DNA of 64,000 nucleotides from Vicugna vicugna (lineage: Eukaryota): contig MU058252.1 of assembly GCA_013265495.1 (NCBI GenBank), positions 1,708,244 through 1,772,243 of the forward strand. Direction: 5' to 3'. Positions 12,561 through 24,150 of the stretch are shown piece by piece. Positions within the stretch are counted from its first letter, which is position 1. The number at the start of each line of letters is the position of its first letter. Position numbers and translations under genes: made by a program. The notes beneath the pieces are model-generated. The model was not told where the DNA came from. It saw only the letters and a list, made by a program, of their open reading frames with translations, and searched no databases.

Positions 12561-12941
12561 GACAGTGTGACGTGTGACCCAGCCCATGTGGGGCAGCCTC
12601 CTGAGGCCCTTCCGTGATACCACTCAGCCTGATTGCCTTCATCCCTGTGATGGGACGTCTCACCTTCTCTCCTCCCTCACCTGCCTCGCTCAGCCCCAAG
12701 GCCATGAGACAACCATTGACCCGAGGGACGAGAATGTGTATTTGAATGTCAGTTACCGTTAGAGCATGATGCTGACATTTGATGGGAAGGAATAAAAATG
12801 TTGGAAGACAGTGACAGAGACCTAGGACTTTTCTGAATATCTGAGTCCAGGTAAAACCACGGAGCCCTGAGGAAAGTTCAATGAGGAATCTGATCATAAC
12901 AAAGTCAGCAACCCATGACCCCAAATCAAACCACCTGCTTG

Positions 12942-13548
12942 TGCAGCTGGCGATTAGGTTCTTGCTTCAAGGGAGGAATTCAGAGATAAGACCCGGAGGT
13001 TAAGAAAATAAAGTGAAGATTTATTAAGGGATGGATAGGACCATTTCATGGGGAGAGTGGGCAGACTCAGGTGAGCAGCTGCACTGAGTTTCTTTGGCAA
13101 GTTGGTTACACGGGGTGTAAAAATGAGTGGACAGAATATTCACTGGGGAGGGAAGGGTTTGGGGCCATAAGTATTTCCTGATCTCCATCCCAGCTCCATC
13201 TTCCTGGGCGGAGGATGGATTTTTGTCCTTATTTAGTCTGGATCGGAGCATCATGGTCTCAGTGCATGATGGGTACTTCTAATCTGCAAGGCTGATTTTA
13301 TTGTCATGAAGGCATAATGAGCAAAACGTTACATCCGGACACTGGAAATTCCTGCCTTTTCCCATCTTTCTCTGCCTGCCTCCAGGACCCTTGTCACCCC
13401 CAAGTGTGTGATTTCTCATCAGCCCTGAGGTTCCTGCTTTTTCCTCTTTCTGCTCAGGGACCCCTGTTGTTCACAAGCTGTGTTTTTTCCTGCCATTTTG
13501 CCTGTGCCCCGCTTTCTCTGCTCACATCTGGCTACCTGCCTGCTCCAA
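12942..13548 (-). mobile_element. ERV1-class solo LTR (~607 bp), probably lineage-specific
   Basis: MER4/MER41-like U5 (ggttcttgc...gaattcag...agtgaagatttattaag, AATAAA on minus strand); bounded by direct repeat tgcttg at 12936-12941 and 13549-13554. Confidence 0.75.
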
Positions 13549-14935
13549 TGCTTGGAGGAGCCTTGCAGGCCAGACCCAGCCTTGCAGGATCAGCCGTAGA
13601 AGTGTGATTCCGAGAGGCGGGTTGAGGAGGGTCCACACAGCGAATGTTTACGGAAAGCTTCTCTTTCTAAGAGAAACAAAGCAGCTGGGGTCTGGAGTCT
13701 TGGGGAGACCCCTTTAGAAAGTAACGGGATGGCTCCAGACTTTTGCTTTACCTTCGTCCATCCACATGCTAAACCCCAGGGGTGTGTGTGTGTGGGGTGA
13801 TACTTCCCTGCACGGAGGGCCGGGCGTGGTGGTTTACATAAGTCCACGTGTCGTCTTCACAAAAACGCCTGGAGGCGGGTACTCAGCTTCAAGCCTGGGG
13901 TTTCCATCTGTGAAATGAATTGATGTGCCCTGCTCAGGTGACAGATCTCGTAAGTGGCAAATACAGGTAAAGGCCTGTCCAACTCATTCAACTATATTCA
14001 AGGGGTTGAGTTCAAGAAGTTGAATATGAGCTGGGGCAGGGCCATCAGTGATGGGAACAAACTCAGCAAAGTGTGATTTGCAGTTTCTGTGCTCAGGTGC
14101 AGTGGCCTGCCCACAGGTAATCTCTCCTGCCCCGGATGTCGTGGTAGGGGGAGTGTGGGTCTGCACCACACCCCAGGGGAGAGGGCAGAGAGAGGACAGG
14201 GTGTGGGGGAGCCGGGCGTTCAGGGGCAGCGCAGGTTTGGATGAGGAGGGGGAGGTGACAGATCATGGGCGTGGGGGAGGGGAACCCTGAACGCAGACTG
14301 CATGTAGCTACTTTTTCCGGTCCACGGACTGTTCCTCCAGCAGATAGCGCAGGTCAGAGTGACCGCAGGGGACGTCCGTGTTTAATCAGACAGAGAGACC
14401 TGGAAAGGCCTGCTTGCCCCAGCTGGCCACAGTCCCCACCAGCCCTCTGGCAGGACGCCAGCCTGTTCACTCGTTTCCCTCCTGGGCCGCTTCCGTTTGG
14501 CTGAGATGTGATCTAACCATAGGTTTGCAGAGCTCTGGAAGAGCCCCTTGAGCAACAATGTTATTTCTGCCCCAGCTCCTGGAGTGGGGCTGCTGGCTGG
14601 GCCCTGGCAGAGGTTCTCCCGTTCCCTCTCCTCAAGGGAACTCCGTTTCCGTGCAAGTGTTTTTATCCCTCCATCTCGTAGTCCAAGGGCCATGGGGAAA
14701 GAAGACCCCTCTCTCGGGGTCCCCTCCTCACCCCATGATTGGCTGAGGAAGGCCTGTGATGTCATTCTGGCCGAGGGGACATGCGTTTTCTAGAACCTTC
14801 TGGAGAAGGAATTTCCTCCCTCGTTTGGGAAAAGAAGCTGTCGGCATCGGCGTCCTGCAGACGTGGTCAGCAGGTCCCGCTGGTGCACAGCCGAGGCAGC
14901 ATCTCCCTTGTGAACAGGTGAGACCCTGTGTTTCT

Positions 14936-15021
14936 TTATTTTTAAGTGGAGGCACTGGGGATAGAACCCAGGACCTCATGCGTACAAAGCACATGCTCTA
15001 CCCCTGAGCTCTACCCTCCCC
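14936..15021 (-). mobile_element. Vic-1-like tRNA-derived SINE
   Basis: ctggggatagaacccaggacctc...gctctacccctgagctctaccctcccc; TSD aga(c/a)cctgt(g/a)tttct at 14921-14935 and 15027-15041. Confidence 0.9.
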
Positions 15022-18000
15022 AGCAAAGAACCTGTATTTCTGATGACGTCATTGAGTTGCAATTGGCCAATGGTTAAGATCGACCTGACCTCCAGACATT
15101 CAGTTCTAAAGCCGAATAATTTCCTTACTGTTCCTTCAGATTGGTTCCGTTTTGCCCCATTTGCAGCCCAAAGTATTCTAATGTTCATCACCCTTGTTAC
15201 AGATCAGTGTATTTTTGTGCTCCATGCCCCCAGGACCCCAAAACATCTCCGTGCCACACGCAGGGTAGAAAAACAAAGGACAGCGTACAGCACCCATTTG
15301 CCTCTAAGAGTCTGGCAGAGAACTGGACGGCGTATAAACCATCAGCCACGGGAAAGCACAAGATCTCTCCCAGTCCCAGAAGCCCTCCCTCAGAACAACA
15401 GGAAAAGATAGTCAAAATGCTCTGGATTCAGAAAAAAGGAGAAATAATTGTATGTTTCATGATGTTGTTGGAAATCTTCTAAATACTAGTTTAAATATTA
15501 ATGGTCCTGATTTTTACAATCCCACCAGTGATTTCTGAAGCAACATTAATACCTCTAATTCAAAACTAAGTTTAATTCTGGCAAATAGGTGTGTGTGTGT
15601 GCACAGGTAGACAGAGGGATAGAGAAATAGATTTAGGTGTCATCTTGCAAAATCAATGCAATTGAAGTTGGGATATTTATAAACCGTGAAAGGTTGGGAA
15701 AGTCTAACGAGTATTTGAAAACTAGCCAACTGCCTGGTTAGTTAAAAATAATCCCTTTGCCTCTCCTGTAGCCTCAATTGAATAGGTTCATTTATAGAAT
15801 AAAAAGCGGATTGAACGAGTTCAAAGCCGCAAGCAGCCATTCTTTCCAGCCCGAAGACTTTCTCCAGTAGATAATTCAGGTCAAAGTGGCAGCAGGGGGA
15901 TGTCTCTGGAAAGATAAAATTAGATTTTCTTGTCACTGCTCCTCAAAATGGGGGGGGGGGGTATACGGTATTTCGTTTTTTTCCATCACAGAGTCCAGGA
16001 GTAGACAGCGGCATTAGTGGTCCTGAAAAATGCCACAAGCAATTTTATTATTTTCTTAAATGCTTCTGAAACAACAGGTGAGGATGTTGAAGGGCAGGTG
16101 TCCTGCAAGGCGGGCGATGCTACGAGACTGCTGGTGTTGCCTTTAGCAATCTGTTGCCGTGGCGGCTTCCGCCTTCCCTCTGACCTGGGCGGAAGTGGGA
16201 GGCGAATCGACCCGCGCGGTGGTTTCAGCCCCAGAGCGTGTGGCCCGGTGGCAGAGTCATGCAGACGGACACGCCTCTGGTGACGACGGGAAAGAGGCAG
16301 GGGGAGCCTGTCTGACTCCCACGGAAGCACAGTGTCCCGGATGCTAACACAGCCTGTGCGGCCGGAGGGGTAGCTCCTCCCTTGGCATAAGCCCCGTGGC
16401 CAGCGGTCCACGAGGGAACGGGAAACGGAACCTGCAGCCCCGTGGCCCCTCCCTGCCCCGCGAGGGCCTGCTCCTCCCTCCCTCCGACTCCAGGCTTAGA
16501 GCGAATCCCCAGTTGGCACCATTTCCAAGGATACCGACCTCTGTCCAAAGCATATTCAAAAGGGGCTTCACACTTGGTTTTCTTTTGTTTTATTCTTACG
16601 AAACACAACACAGAGGACAGCTCTGTCCAATTCTGGTAGCGTTTACTTCCGGTTCCACATCAGGAACCCTTTCAATTTGGAATGACTGCTTAATCTTAAA
16701 TCCCTCGAATGTGTCTTAATCCAAAATTCAATCACACTGAGAATGCTCCCTGTGCCATGTGGCCTTGTGTGTCAATCCCTCCTCGTGGATGAAGTGTGGA
16801 TCAGCGCCCTGTCACACATCGCACCAAGGACGCGGGTAGTCTGGGAGGAGGCACCGTTGAGGCCATTTCTCTCTCAGATACAAAAATGGATTTTACAAGA
16901 AAAGCAGAGGTGCTCTGAGAGCTCGCAGCTCATCACTGCATCTCGTATCAGCTGAGAACAGGTGCTCTGTGCTGTCTCTTCCCTGGAAGACGGAAACACA
17001 TATTTAGCTTTTAAGAGTAAATACAAATTATTTGGCTTTGTAGTACACGAACCTAAAACAAGACGTGTGAAGGGAAGAGGTGCGGTTGGGATTTGTTGGG
17101 GGCAATCAGATCCTAGACACAGAGGGAAATTTAAGATTGAGACCATGAATTTCACCCAGGAAGTACATTTTGTGCTGCGTTCTTTACCCCAGAAACAAGG
17201 CACCTGGGGACAGAGTGGCCTGTTAGATTCTTTCAACTACTGTCATTGTCAAGGGGAGCGGACCACCTCCTGTAAACCTCTAGCCATCACTTCGAATGTC
17301 CACGTTCTGCCCAGTGTCCTCTTCCCGGGGCTCGCCCAGTGGGTGCTGTCCGTGGCACTTTGCTTAAAGTCCCAAATTCCACAGACATCGTGGTGTAGAG
17401 GAGGTAGAAGTCTGTATGTTTGAATATAAAGTTCAAGCTTACCTTAAGTGTTGCTTGAAATCCTTTACTGGCCAACAAGGCCCTTAAGGAAAGTTACTGC
17501 AGTTGAACTAGGAATTTCCTCTTCTCAGACACAAGCATCCCCAGAAGAAATAAAATACTTTTCTTCCGTTATCAGTAATATGCAATGTGACTGTAAGTTT
17601 AATCCAGAGATTTAAAAAAACCTGGAATCTTGAAATAGACCCTGCTGACAGGATGTGGTGGCATTTTGGTGGTGGTTGCTGTTTTAGATGGGTGGAATTA
17701 CAAAACCAATTTGAATACCGTCCTGGCACTGTTTGTCCCATGCATTGATCCCTATCTAGTGACGGAACTGAACTGAATCAAACAGGAGTGCCCTGCAGGT
17801 TCTCACTGTTGGTGGTGACACCAGCAACCATGACATTCTCTGTTCTACACGCTGCCTACCACCTTGGCCATCACTCCCTAGATCCCTGCTGGTTGAGGTT
17901 TGCTAAGAAGAATAAAATATGTTGTGAAGACAACAGAAATGAAATTGCTGATGATGGTGTGTGATGCAAACCCCAGTGATCATCTGACACCTGGACTGCA

Positions 18001-18409
18001 TCATTTCTGAGTCTATAGATGGGACAGACACACTCAGCAGAGGACAGAATTCTACAATTAGTTCCCTGATCTGTGAGGGAGGGTCTTTATGGTAGAGGGG
18101 ACAAGGAGGGAACTTTTAAAACCCACTCACTATTGGAGTAATTATATAGTGAGTGAGGAGGCTGGATGGTGGTCTCAATCATATGCCAATTAACTCACCT
18201 GTCAGGATCCTGTGAGCACAAGGGGCATCACGGCAGGTGACAGTAGACAGATAACCACTGGCTCACCTGGGTGGTGGCCCCGTCACAGCTGCCATGCTGA
18301 CTATGGTGTCTTCACCGGGCGGTCCTGGGGACGGCCTCTGGCTTTGGTACCTGATTATTGAGCTGCAGGTGTTTCCTCCTCCTTCTCCTCCTCCTTCGTC
18401 CTGTGACTT

Positions 18410-18688
18410 GCTTTATTGAGATATAATACACGTATTGTACAATTTAACCATCTAAATTGTGCAATTCAGTGATTTTTAGTGTCTTGGGGGATATGTGCAG
18501 CTATCACCACAGTCAATTTTAGGACATTTCATCATCTCAGAAAGAAAACTTGTACCCTTTATCTCCCATCTCCTGAGCCCCTCCCCTCAGATGCTAAGAA
18601 CCCACTAGTCTGTCTCTCTAGCGTTCCCTGTTCTGAATATTTCATATGAATAGAATCATATAATATGTATTCTTTTGTGACGGACTTA
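18410..18688 (-). mobile_element. Old L1MB-type 3' end
   Basis: ctttattgagatataatacac...atttcatatgaatagaatcatataatatg. Confidence 0.8.
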
Positions 18689-18695
18689 AAAAAAA

Positions 18696-18928
18696 TTTAT
18701 TTTTTTATTGAAGTGTTGTTGATCTACAGCGTTAGTTTCAAGTATACAGCAGAGCGGTTCAGTTATACAAATACATACATACATATATATATGGATTCTT
18801 GTCTATTATATCTCATTACAAGATATTGAATATACTTCCCTGTGCTCTACAGTAGGGCCTTGTTGTTTGTCTGTTTTATATATAGAAGTGTGTATCTGCT
18901 AATCCCCAACCCCTAATTTAGCCCTTCT
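18696..18928 (-). mobile_element. Younger L1 3' end
   Basis: ttttattgaagtgttgttgatctacagcg...ccctgtgctctacagtagggccttgttg. Confidence 0.85.
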
Positions 18929-19123
18929 TCCAGATACTTAATAGAGAAGATGATTCTGGAAACAGACTCAGGTGTACGCCACTAGCATCTGCTGCTGAAT
19001 TTGTATCACCAGGTGTCTGTGAGGCAGGATGCCCAGCCCAAGTTTCAAAATGGCTGTACAGCTCAGGAGGGGACATATGCTGTCCTACACCATGTTCCTT
19101 TGTGTCTTGGCCATGAAACACCA

Positions 19124-19229
19124 ATTTTTATTTCATTTCATTTTATTTTATTTTTTAAACAAATTGGGGGCAGAAGTAATTAGGTTTATTTATTTATTTT
19201 TAGAGGAGGTACCAGGGATTGAACCCCCA
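19124..19229 (-). mobile_element. 5'-truncated Vic-1-like SINE
   Basis: Only the tail and B box (gggattgaaccc) remain; perfect 13-bp TSD ccatgaaacacca at 19111-19123 and 19230-19242. Confidence 0.9.
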
Positions 19230-19513
19230 CCATGAAACACCACTCTCGGTGATCAGCTGAGCACGTTATTTTTGTTCACTCAGGGATTAACTGGCTCTGT
19301 GTCCCTGGACAGGACGTCTCTGCAGACATTTTACCAGCCTTGGGTGAACTGTCTGCATGATACAAAGACTATCCATTGCCTAGGAAGACGCCTAATCAGA
19401 CATTCAATTTAGTCCTTATTTATGCGGTGTTGGTTTCAGTTTGCACAGAGTGACCTGTGAACTCCACTTTACCACGGTCAAAAGGCTGACTTTCTTCAGA
19501 AAGGGAAGAAGCA

Positions 19514-20046
19514 GTATTGGCCGGGACACTTTCGTTCACAAGTGACTCCAAAGTTAATTGCCTTAATTAAGAAAGGCAATTTATTGGGTGACCGAATGGA
19601 TGCTTCCAAGGATAGATTCAGGCGTGGCTGGATCCAGAAGCTCACATAATTAATCCAGTCAAGGTGTTTCCCTTCCCTTTGAAGACTCTGTTTTTTTGTT
19701 TAATTTTTTTAGGTTTTAGCTGTTCCACCTAGCAAATGTGGCAGGTCCAGGCTTACTGGTAGCCCTCTCCTTGTTAAATTCCAGCAGAAAGAGGATCTTG
19801 CCAGTGAAGTCACCAACATTACGTCCCTAAACTGGAACTGCTGGGTCCTGTGTCATCCAGCCTAGGGAGCCAAGAGTTGGTTTGGCCAGGCCTGGGTCAC
19901 ATGTCCACCCTCGAGCAGAAGGTGGAGACAGCCCCACCCAAACAAAGGACAGAGAATGGGGGAAATGTGGGGTCCAAGGGCATCAACTCTTTGTTTATCA
20001 GAAAAAGGGGATATGGACACTGGCAGGCGAAACTTCAGTGCCCACT
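19514..20046 (-). mobile_element. MaLR solo LTR (MLT1J/K-like)
   Basis: ttcaggcgtggctggatccagaagctc; tggccaggcctgggtcacatgtccaccc; ends tgcccacta. Confidence 0.75.
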
Positions 20047-21324
20047 AAGGCAGCCCCATGGCAGCTGTAGGTGAGAAGGCCTGTCTTTAAATCTAAGCAA
20101 ATCACTAGCACCCATCATCCCCTGGGGGAACATGCATCTGACTTGAGAGAAACTGCATTCTAGCTGCAGCTTTTGACTGGAAGCAGCTCGCTAATTACAA
20201 TTCTTTTCCTTAAAGCAGATGCTCAAAAGCTTTCCACTCGGCAACACGTTGTTAATGGTTTGAGTCTTTGTATGTAGTTGGGAGCTTTTGAAGTTGTATT
20301 TCTTACCAAGTGTTTGATCAATAATTCAAAGCAGTTAAGGGCAAACTCTGCCTTACTGTCCGTTTTGCTCTCCGGCCCCTGCTTTTCAGTCTTTGATGCT
20401 GTGAATGTGCAGCCGCTCAGTGAGGACCTGGGGAAGCTGCATGGGCTGGGGGCGCAGAGGGGCCCTTTGTAGCTGCTCCCGGGGGAGGCAGAGTCTCCGA
20501 GTCTCCACCTGCACATTAGAGAAGTGGCGGTGGGGACACTGAACCGCGAGGGGAAGCCCGTGCCCAGTGTCAAGTGCACGGTGGGGACTCAGTCTATTGA
20601 ACTGAGCTGAGCCTGGCCAGTGGGGGCCCCACGTGGGTGAGCTGGCGAGGCTGGTGCTCCTCAGTGCCCTGCCCACACGTGGCGGTTAGAACCCCAGCAT
20701 CGGAGTCACCAGGAGCTAGGTGCTCCGGGGGGTGTACGTCCACCTGCTCGGAAGACAGCTGTTTTCAGAAAAAGAATTCAGTTGTGCAGTGAGGTTTGAG
20801 TTTAATCTTGGCTTTGTGCCCTGGGCACGGTCTCTGCCTTGGGATCCAGCCAGGAGGAGGAGGCGACGCCTCCCCTGGTCTAAGTGAATTAATAACGACT
20901 GTCCTTCTGTTGTCACTGAATTCATTTCCAAACAAGAGGGTGACAGGTCAAGGGAGTGTGGCTGGAAGGAGCCCAGATGCACCTCGCCTGCTGGATCCAG
21001 GGCTGTTTCTTCCAGCAGCATCTTTGCCTTTCAAGGAATGATGAACTCAGATGAGGATCCCAGCCTTCTGAGTATGTGGTCACCAGGGATGGGGACGGGG
21101 TGGGTAGGGGGGGCATATGTGTAGGAACCACGTTGTTTTGTCATCCAAGGACACCCAGGGCTCTCAGCAGGGTGGCAGGCCTGTCACCATGTTCCCTTAT
21201 TGCCGCTGAGGCTGAGGACACCCCCGTACCTGTCGGGGAATTTTTTTAAAGGAAGATTTTAAAAATATGACTCCTGACTTCCTAGTCTGTATCATTTGCG
21301 TCGCCTATTAGACTTAAAAGGTAG

Positions 21325-21560
21325 TTTTATTTTTCAACAAATATTTGCACACATGCATTACAAAGGGTCAAATTATTTACAAAGCATGTGATGAAAGAAA
21401 TATTTCCCCTGCTCCATTCTCAAATATCCTGCTCCCCAGAGGCAGTCCCTTGGAACCCTTCTAGTTTGTTCCATCGGTATTTACATCCACAACTCTCAAT
21501 GGCATGCTCATATTTCTAGTTTCTAAATGTTTAGGTTTCAGATGTTAGCTGTTGCTTCTC
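21325..21560 (-). mobile_element. Ancient L1ME/MC-type 3' fragment
   Basis: cctgctccccagaggcagtccc...tttacatcc pattern; highly diverged. Confidence 0.45.
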
Positions 21561-21865
21561 TCTAAGAAAGCTGAGGGTTGGTTGCTTTGCACCTCAGTTC
21601 CCAGCTGCCCTACAACAGGTGCACACATTGCTGCGTCCCTGTTTCCCCAATATGCTATTAGCACAATTTCAGCAGGTCGCATGCTGGCACTGACGTTACC
21701 ATGACTGTAAATCCTATTCAGAGCTGGGCTTTGTGGCGTAGCATGGCTTCTTTCCTCCCGCCCTCCCTCCCTTCTTCTTTTTCTCCTCCTCCTCTTCCCT
21801 CAGTGTTCCAGGTACTTACCACTAATTCAGTCCCAGATTCTCTCCCTGCTGTGTAAGTCTCCTAG

Positions 21866-21990
21866 TGTTAGAGCAGGCAGTTAGCCAGATATGAGCAGAG
21901 AAATGGGACCCGGGGTATGTGGCAGGAAACCATACATCTGTGAATGAGGGGGGCCCTCGAGGCACACAAAGAAAGACAGCAAAAGGTGGG
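21866..21990 (+). mobile_element. 5' fragment of the same ERV1 LTR family as 12942-13548
   Basis: tgttagagcaggcagttagccagatatgagcagagaaa aligns to the reverse complement of ~13510-13548. Confidence 0.8.
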
Positions 21991-23568
21991 ACTCTCTGGC
22001 GTCTGATGTAACGAGGGAGCGATTCCTAATACGCTCACTGTGTGAATTAGGAAAGTTACTCAACTTCTGCCTCAGTATTCCATCTGTCAAATGGGCCAAC
22101 TTCTGTCTACCTTGCAAGATATATATCAAGTCCCTACGTGATAAAATCCAGGGGAACTAAGTGACTGGTCCGTAGTCACATAACTGGGTAGCAGCAGAGG
22201 CAGCATCTGACCTGAGGTCTGTCTGGTGCAAACGTGCCCTTGATCCCACTAGCATGTCAGTGCCCTGCACATAGGCGGCTGGTGACAATGACGCTGGACT
22301 TCGTTTAACCATTAGAGTGGAAAACCAAGTGCCTTAGCCTTTCCCAAGATGGCAGATGCAAGGTGAAGTTTAATTGCTGGTGGGCTCCGAGAGGTCCTAC
22401 CCCAGGGCAGAAAGAGATGCAAAAGGGCAGGGAAGGGGAGGCTGGGAGGGAGAGCAGGTCACACGGTACCTCTCCTGACCCTGCTTCGCACGGAGCTGCT
22501 AGAAGGCACTAGGCCACTGTGCTGGGGCACCTGCTTGGCCGCACGGATGACCTTGGACCGGCTGCTCAGAGAATCATGCTTTGGAACATTTGAGGGAAGG
22601 GAGAGTGAGTTTTCTGTCACTGGTCAGCGTTGGCTTTGTGGAGCCTTACTGCCCTTCCGTTCAGGTTGTCATCAGCCTCCACGCCTGCCCCGGTGACGTG
22701 GTGGCTCATCCGGGGGTGAACGTGAGAGGGGGCCAGAAGCTCTGAGCATCCTGTGGGGGTCTAGGCAGGTGCGTAGGCTCCCACCGCAGCCCTGGCCCCT
22801 CTGAGGAGTGGATTGCACAGGAAGGGGAAGGAGGTACAGCCTGGCCAGGCCCCAAGGCATCAGGCCATGGCGTCCACTGAAACAGAGAAGCCTCTGGGAC
22901 CCGGAGACGGAGGAGGCTGCGGGAATCCGAGGAGCTGCGTGAGGCTAACGTTTCAAGCCATCTCAGGCACAGGGCTTGGATTTCTGAGTGTCAGACACAC
23001 CGTAGCCTGAGGCTGCCTGATAAGATCTAGACCAGTGAGTGACCCCCTGTACTTGCAGCAGCCTGGGGGAGCCCTAGCATTCTCAAGTCTCAGGAGCCTG
23101 GGGCCTGCATTTTAAAGTAACTTCAGGTGGAAACGTGTCTTCTGGCACATTTATTTGGGAAAGGAGCTATAAAGGTCAAGTGCCATTTACATCTGGCCGT
23201 GGGCATGGCCGGAGCTGGTGACTGTTCAGAGGACTGATGAGAACTCTGGCTAGAAGCATAGCCTTTATGAAACAGCTTCCTTTCCCTGGATTGCCAAAAG
23301 TACCGTCTTGGTCACGCTGAGGCAAGGTGAAAGTGTTACCTGGAGCAGTGGTCATGGGGCAGTCTGTTTGTTTTAAAGCTACAGTGTGTTATACTTGAAG
23401 CTGGATGCGAGATGTGGGAAGAAAGGTGTAAGGGGGCTAGGTGTGTGGTCCCTTGTCTGTGAAATGTATGCCTGGTTAGCGGCAGTGCTAGCAGGCTGTC
23501 AGGTTAGTTTCAGCTTCCGAAGTCCTTGGGGATCAGATTAGGAATGTTTGATGGGAGGAAGGAGGATG

Positions 23569-24150
23569 GGTAACCACCATTCTACTTTTTGTTTCTATGA
23601 ATTTGACTGTTTTAGATTCTTCACATGAGTACAATCATGCAGTATTCCTCCTTCTCCGGCTGAATGACTTCACTTAGCATCACGCCCTCCAGTTCTATCC
23701 ATGTTGTCATAAATGGCAGAATTTCCTTCTTTTTCTAAGGCTAATATTCTATTGTGTGTATGTACCGTATCTTCTTAATCCACTTATCTATTAGGTTGTT
23801 TCTATGTCTTGACTATTGTGAGTAGTGCTGCAGTGAGCCTGGGAGTACAAAGATCTCCTGAGATTCTGATTTCAGCTCTTCCGACTATATAACCAGAAGT
23901 GGGATCTCTGGGAAATATGGTAGTTCTTTTTTGCAGGGGGGAGGTAATTAGGTTTACTTATCTATTTATTTAATAGAGGTACTGGGGATTGAACCCAGGA
24001 CCTCGTGCATGCTAAGCATGTGCTCAACCACTTGAACTATAACCCCCGCCCTCCAGTATGGTAGTGCTATTTTTAATTTCCTGAGGAACCTCCATACTGT
24101 TTTCCACAGTGGAGGCACCATTATGTTTTCTCACCAATGGTGCACAGGGG
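23569..24150 (-). mobile_element. L1MA/MB-type 3' region interrupted by a SINE
   Basis: ttcacttagcat...catgttgtcataaatggcagaatttcc...gaggaacctccatactgttttccacagtgg. Confidence 0.85.
23928..24053 (-). mobile_element. Vic-1-like tRNA-derived SINE
   Basis: gtactggggattgaacccaggacctcgtgcatgctaagcatgtgctc; TSD tatggtagt(t/g)ct near 23916 and 24057. Confidence 0.9.
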
